The position numbers were made by a program, and so were the translations under genes. This document shows, one piece after another, positions 60,831 through 64,000 of a DNA stretch of 64,000 nucleotides; the stretch's first letter is position 1; every line of letters starts with the position of its first letter. The notes below the pieces were generated by a model. The model saw only the letters and a list, made by a program, of their open reading frames with translations, searched no databases and was not told the origin of the DNA. Source of the stretch: Cetorhinus maximus (taxonomy: Eukaryota); the NCBI RefSeq assembly GCF_964194155.1, contig NC_135903.1:10664001-10728000 (forward strand), read 5' to 3'.

Positions 60831-61360
60831 CAATGTCCTTTCTCCCATACAATATTCTGGTGGCACTGTCAAGGTCATTGCAAACTGGGAGAAATTGACT
60901 GAGGTGAAGGGAGCTGTTGTTATTTATTGACTCTACGTTTTACTAGCACATAGAGAAATATGTCAGAATAATTAGGAAGGATGACAAGGCCTTGGAGAGT
61001 GTGGAAATGTTTAGCAGGATGATACTATGTGAATTTCTTCAGACAGAGGTTTGCTAAAATCTGGAATGCATCATCTGAAAGGATGGTGGTCCTGGTGGAA
61101 TCAGATTCTGTAGGAGCTTTCAAAAGGCAATTAATTTGCAGGGTTTTGAGAAAATCCTGGGGCCTCTGAGCAACCTGGACAGTTCTTTCAAAGAACCACT
61201 TCAATAAAGTCATAGTCTTCGAGTTATGCTGCACAGAAACAGGCCCTTCAGCCCATCGTGCCTATGCCGGCCATCAAGCACCTGTCTATTCTAATCCCAT
61301 TTCCAGCACTTAAATATTATTGTATTAAAGATGCAGAGCAGCCAGATAGTAACACAGGGA

Positions 61361-61543
61361 TACAAGCAAAATACTGCGGATGCTGGAAATCTGAAACAAA
61401 AACAAAAACAGCAGGAAAAACTCAGCAGGTCTGACAGCATCTGTGGAGAGGAACACAGCTAATGGACTCGAAACGTTAACTGTGTTCCTCTCTGCAGATG
61501 CTGTCAGACCTGCTGAGTTTTTCCAGCTATTTTTGTTTGTGTT
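61361..61543. mobile_element. Fold-back (inverted-repeat) Penelope-terminus-like element with 13-bp TSD
   Basis: GGAAAAACTCAGCAGGTCTGACAGCATCTG pairs with CAGATGCTGTCAGACCTGCTGAGTTTTTCC. TSD AGTAAYACAGGGA at 61348 and 61544. Confidence 0.85.
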
Positions 61544-62816
61544 AGTAATACAGGGACTTCAGAAACCTTCAGAATTTCTACACTTTCAGACTTCAAACTC
61601 CAAATAAACTTGGAGCTATTATATCAGGATTGTTATTCCTGCAGCTCCCTTGATGGGTTGGTTGGTTGAAGTAGTGAGTCACTCCAAGGATGTCCTCCGT
61701 TCCATTCTCAGAGTGAGCTGGGGGATGTGAAGGGAAAATCAGCTGGGGTTGGGGGGTTGGTCACCATCCAGTGACTCATTGATACCAACATTGTGTGAAA
61801 GCAGGATTAAGCTGAGCTGTGATAGCTTCCACAGTCAAATTGCTTGCCGACACTCACTGTCTAGGCTTAGAAGCAATGAATGGTTCCTGGGATGAGCTAC
61901 TAATAAACTTCTAGCACCCATGGAGATCAGAACAGCAGCAAGAGAGAAAGAAATAAGTAAAAGGAAAAAAGCACTTACAAAATAAACCTGTTAATGTGTA
62001 GTCAGGATCAAGCGAGAATGATGCATGATGAGTGATAGCATTTGATGTCTTTTTTGATATCACCAATCCCAAAAATATGGACCACAAACAAAATAGAAAC
62101 CACTCCATAAAAACCACAGGGTATAAATAACATACATCGAGGGATCTAATCTTCTCTTGCAAGTTAGATGAAAGTTGTAAACATTGCTGTTATGATAAAT
62201 GAAATAAATCATCTGATGAGATTACTACCTTGTAATTATTACTTAGTGATTTCTTCCTTGCTTCTTCTGCGATGTACAAATTGGGACCATATGGTGTAAA
62301 AGTGCAGGGACTCAGTATAAAATTAGAATAAGGATAATTCTGAACAATGGCTATCAGTAAACTTCAGTCATGTTATTCTAAGTGTCAGCCTTTGGTTAAG
62401 AAAATGAAGGGGATTATAACATGAAGAAATTGTTATCCTAATTTCTGCTACACTGATGACTGTCTGCTCCCTGTACCCACCCCCTTTAAAATTGGGATCA
62501 ATGTGACTGAGGAGGGAGTTGGTTAGGGTACAGTTACTGTGAGCTGGCTCTGGAGAGGGCGAGTGAAATAACATCTCCATGTGACATAGAAAAGTGATTT
62601 ATATACTATGTCATTTTTAATGTACCAACATTTCATGCTTTCAATATTTTGGATTTGTCATTTCAGACTTTTTATGTTTTGTTTGTCTCTCCAACACAAT
62701 TGAAGGAACATCCAGTTATTGTCTGTACAACAATTTGTTTTCCCACTCCAAGGATTTTCTGCTTTGAAAGTTTTCTATGTTGGTATATGAATCTAGTCCT
62801 ACTTGAGGGAGTTGGT

Positions 62817-63280
62817 AGACCATAAGACCATAAGACGTAGGAGCAGAAGTAGGCCATTTGGCCCATCGAGTCTGCTCCGCCATTCAATGAGATCATGGCT
62901 GATCTGATAATCCTCAACCCCACTTTCCTGCCTTTTCCCCATAACCCTTGATTCCCTTACTGATTAAAAATCTGTCTCTCTCAGCCTTTAATACACTTAA
63001 CGACCCAGCCTCTATAGCCCTCTGCGGTAAAGAATTCCACAAATTGACCACCCTCTGAGAGAAGAAATTCCTCCTCACCTCTGTCTTAAATGGGCACCCC
63101 TTTACTCTGAGATTATACGCTCTGGTTCTAGACTCTCCCACAAGGGGAAACAACCTCTCAGCACCTACCCTGTCAAGCCCCCTAAGAATCGTATATGTTT
63201 CAATAAGGTCGCCTCTCATTCTTCTAAATTCCAATGTGTACAGGCCTAACCTACTGAACCTCTCCTCATGTGGTAATGCC
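62817..63280 (-). mobile_element. Young 5'-truncated CR1 LINE 3' end
   Basis: ORF 62914-63282 ([13 protein letters not shown]...FFSQRVVNLWNSLP) and (TCTTATGG)n tail. Confidence 0.92.
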
Positions 63281-64000
63281 ACTGGGCTTTTAATTCAGAG
63301 GCTCAGATTAATGCTCTGGGGCACAGGTTCAAATCCCACCATCGCCGTTTGCGGAATTAATAAATCTGGAATTAAAAGCTAGTCTCAGTAATGGTGGCCT
63401 TGAAACTATCATCAGTTGTTGTTAAAACCCATCTGATTCACTAACGCCCTTTAGGGAAGGAAAAATGCCATCCTTACCCAGTCTGGCGTACATGTGACTC
63501 CAGACCCACAGAAATGTGGTTGACTCTTAACTGGCTGAGTAAACCACTCAGTTCAAGGGAAATTGGAGATGGGCCTTGCCAGTGATGCAAAGAATAAAGG
63601 AAAAAACTTCAGAGACTTGAGTACAAATTTCAGGTTGACACACCCGGTGCAGTACTGAGGGAGTGCTGCATTGTTGGAGGTGCTGTCTGCCCCCTCAGGT
63701 GGACGTTAAAGCTCCCATCGTACTACTTGAAAGAGCAGGTGAGTTCTCCCTGGACCAACATTTGTCCCTCAATCGACAGATTTTCTGGCCATACTCACAG
63801 TGCTGCATGTGGAGCTTGATTTATGCAAATTAGCTGCTGCCTTTCCTACATGACACCATGATTACACTTCAAAAGTATCTTCTTGGCGTTGAAAAGCTTT
63901 GAACATCCTGAGATCCTTTGAAGGGGCTACATCAATGCAAGTCCTTCCTTTTCAAGACTGAGCCAATTGGCACCAAGCTTGTTGTTTTAAAAAAAAATGT

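Noticed and set aside
61600-64000. CALCOCO2 exons expected from human synteny
   Set aside because: No recognisable CALCOCO2 peptide found in this part of the window.

Overview
Eukaryotic genomic DNA, most likely from a shark or other cartilaginous fish (inferred from the CR1/L2/Penelope LINE and tRNA-SINE repertoire and a 69-bp satellite). It carries the conserved vertebrate block GIP(+) - SNF8(+) - UBE2Z(-) - ATP5MC1(-). SNF8 (8 coding exons, 258 aa), UBE2Z (7 coding exons, 305 aa) and ATP5MC1 (4 coding exons, 139-140 aa) can be spliced by hand with GT-AG boundaries and consistent phases. Three small exons at 1.3, 5.2 and 7.7 kb, missed by the ORF track, match the 3' half of preproGIP in phase, length and motif, but carry an in-frame TGA and a GC donor. 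Between the convergent SNF8 and UBE2Z stop codons are a palindromic two-strand poly(A) signal, a perfect 26-bp long-range inverted repeat and two hairpins. The UBE2Z promoter is largely a CpG-rich 42-43-bp VNTR, and its intron 1 starts with a ~1.4-kb purine/pyrimidine-skewed array. The remainder is mostly decayed, often nested retroelements, several with clear target-site duplications. No prokaryote-type system (CRISPR etc.) is present. Human comparisons are from recalled sequences and should be re-aligned; repeat boundaries are approximate.
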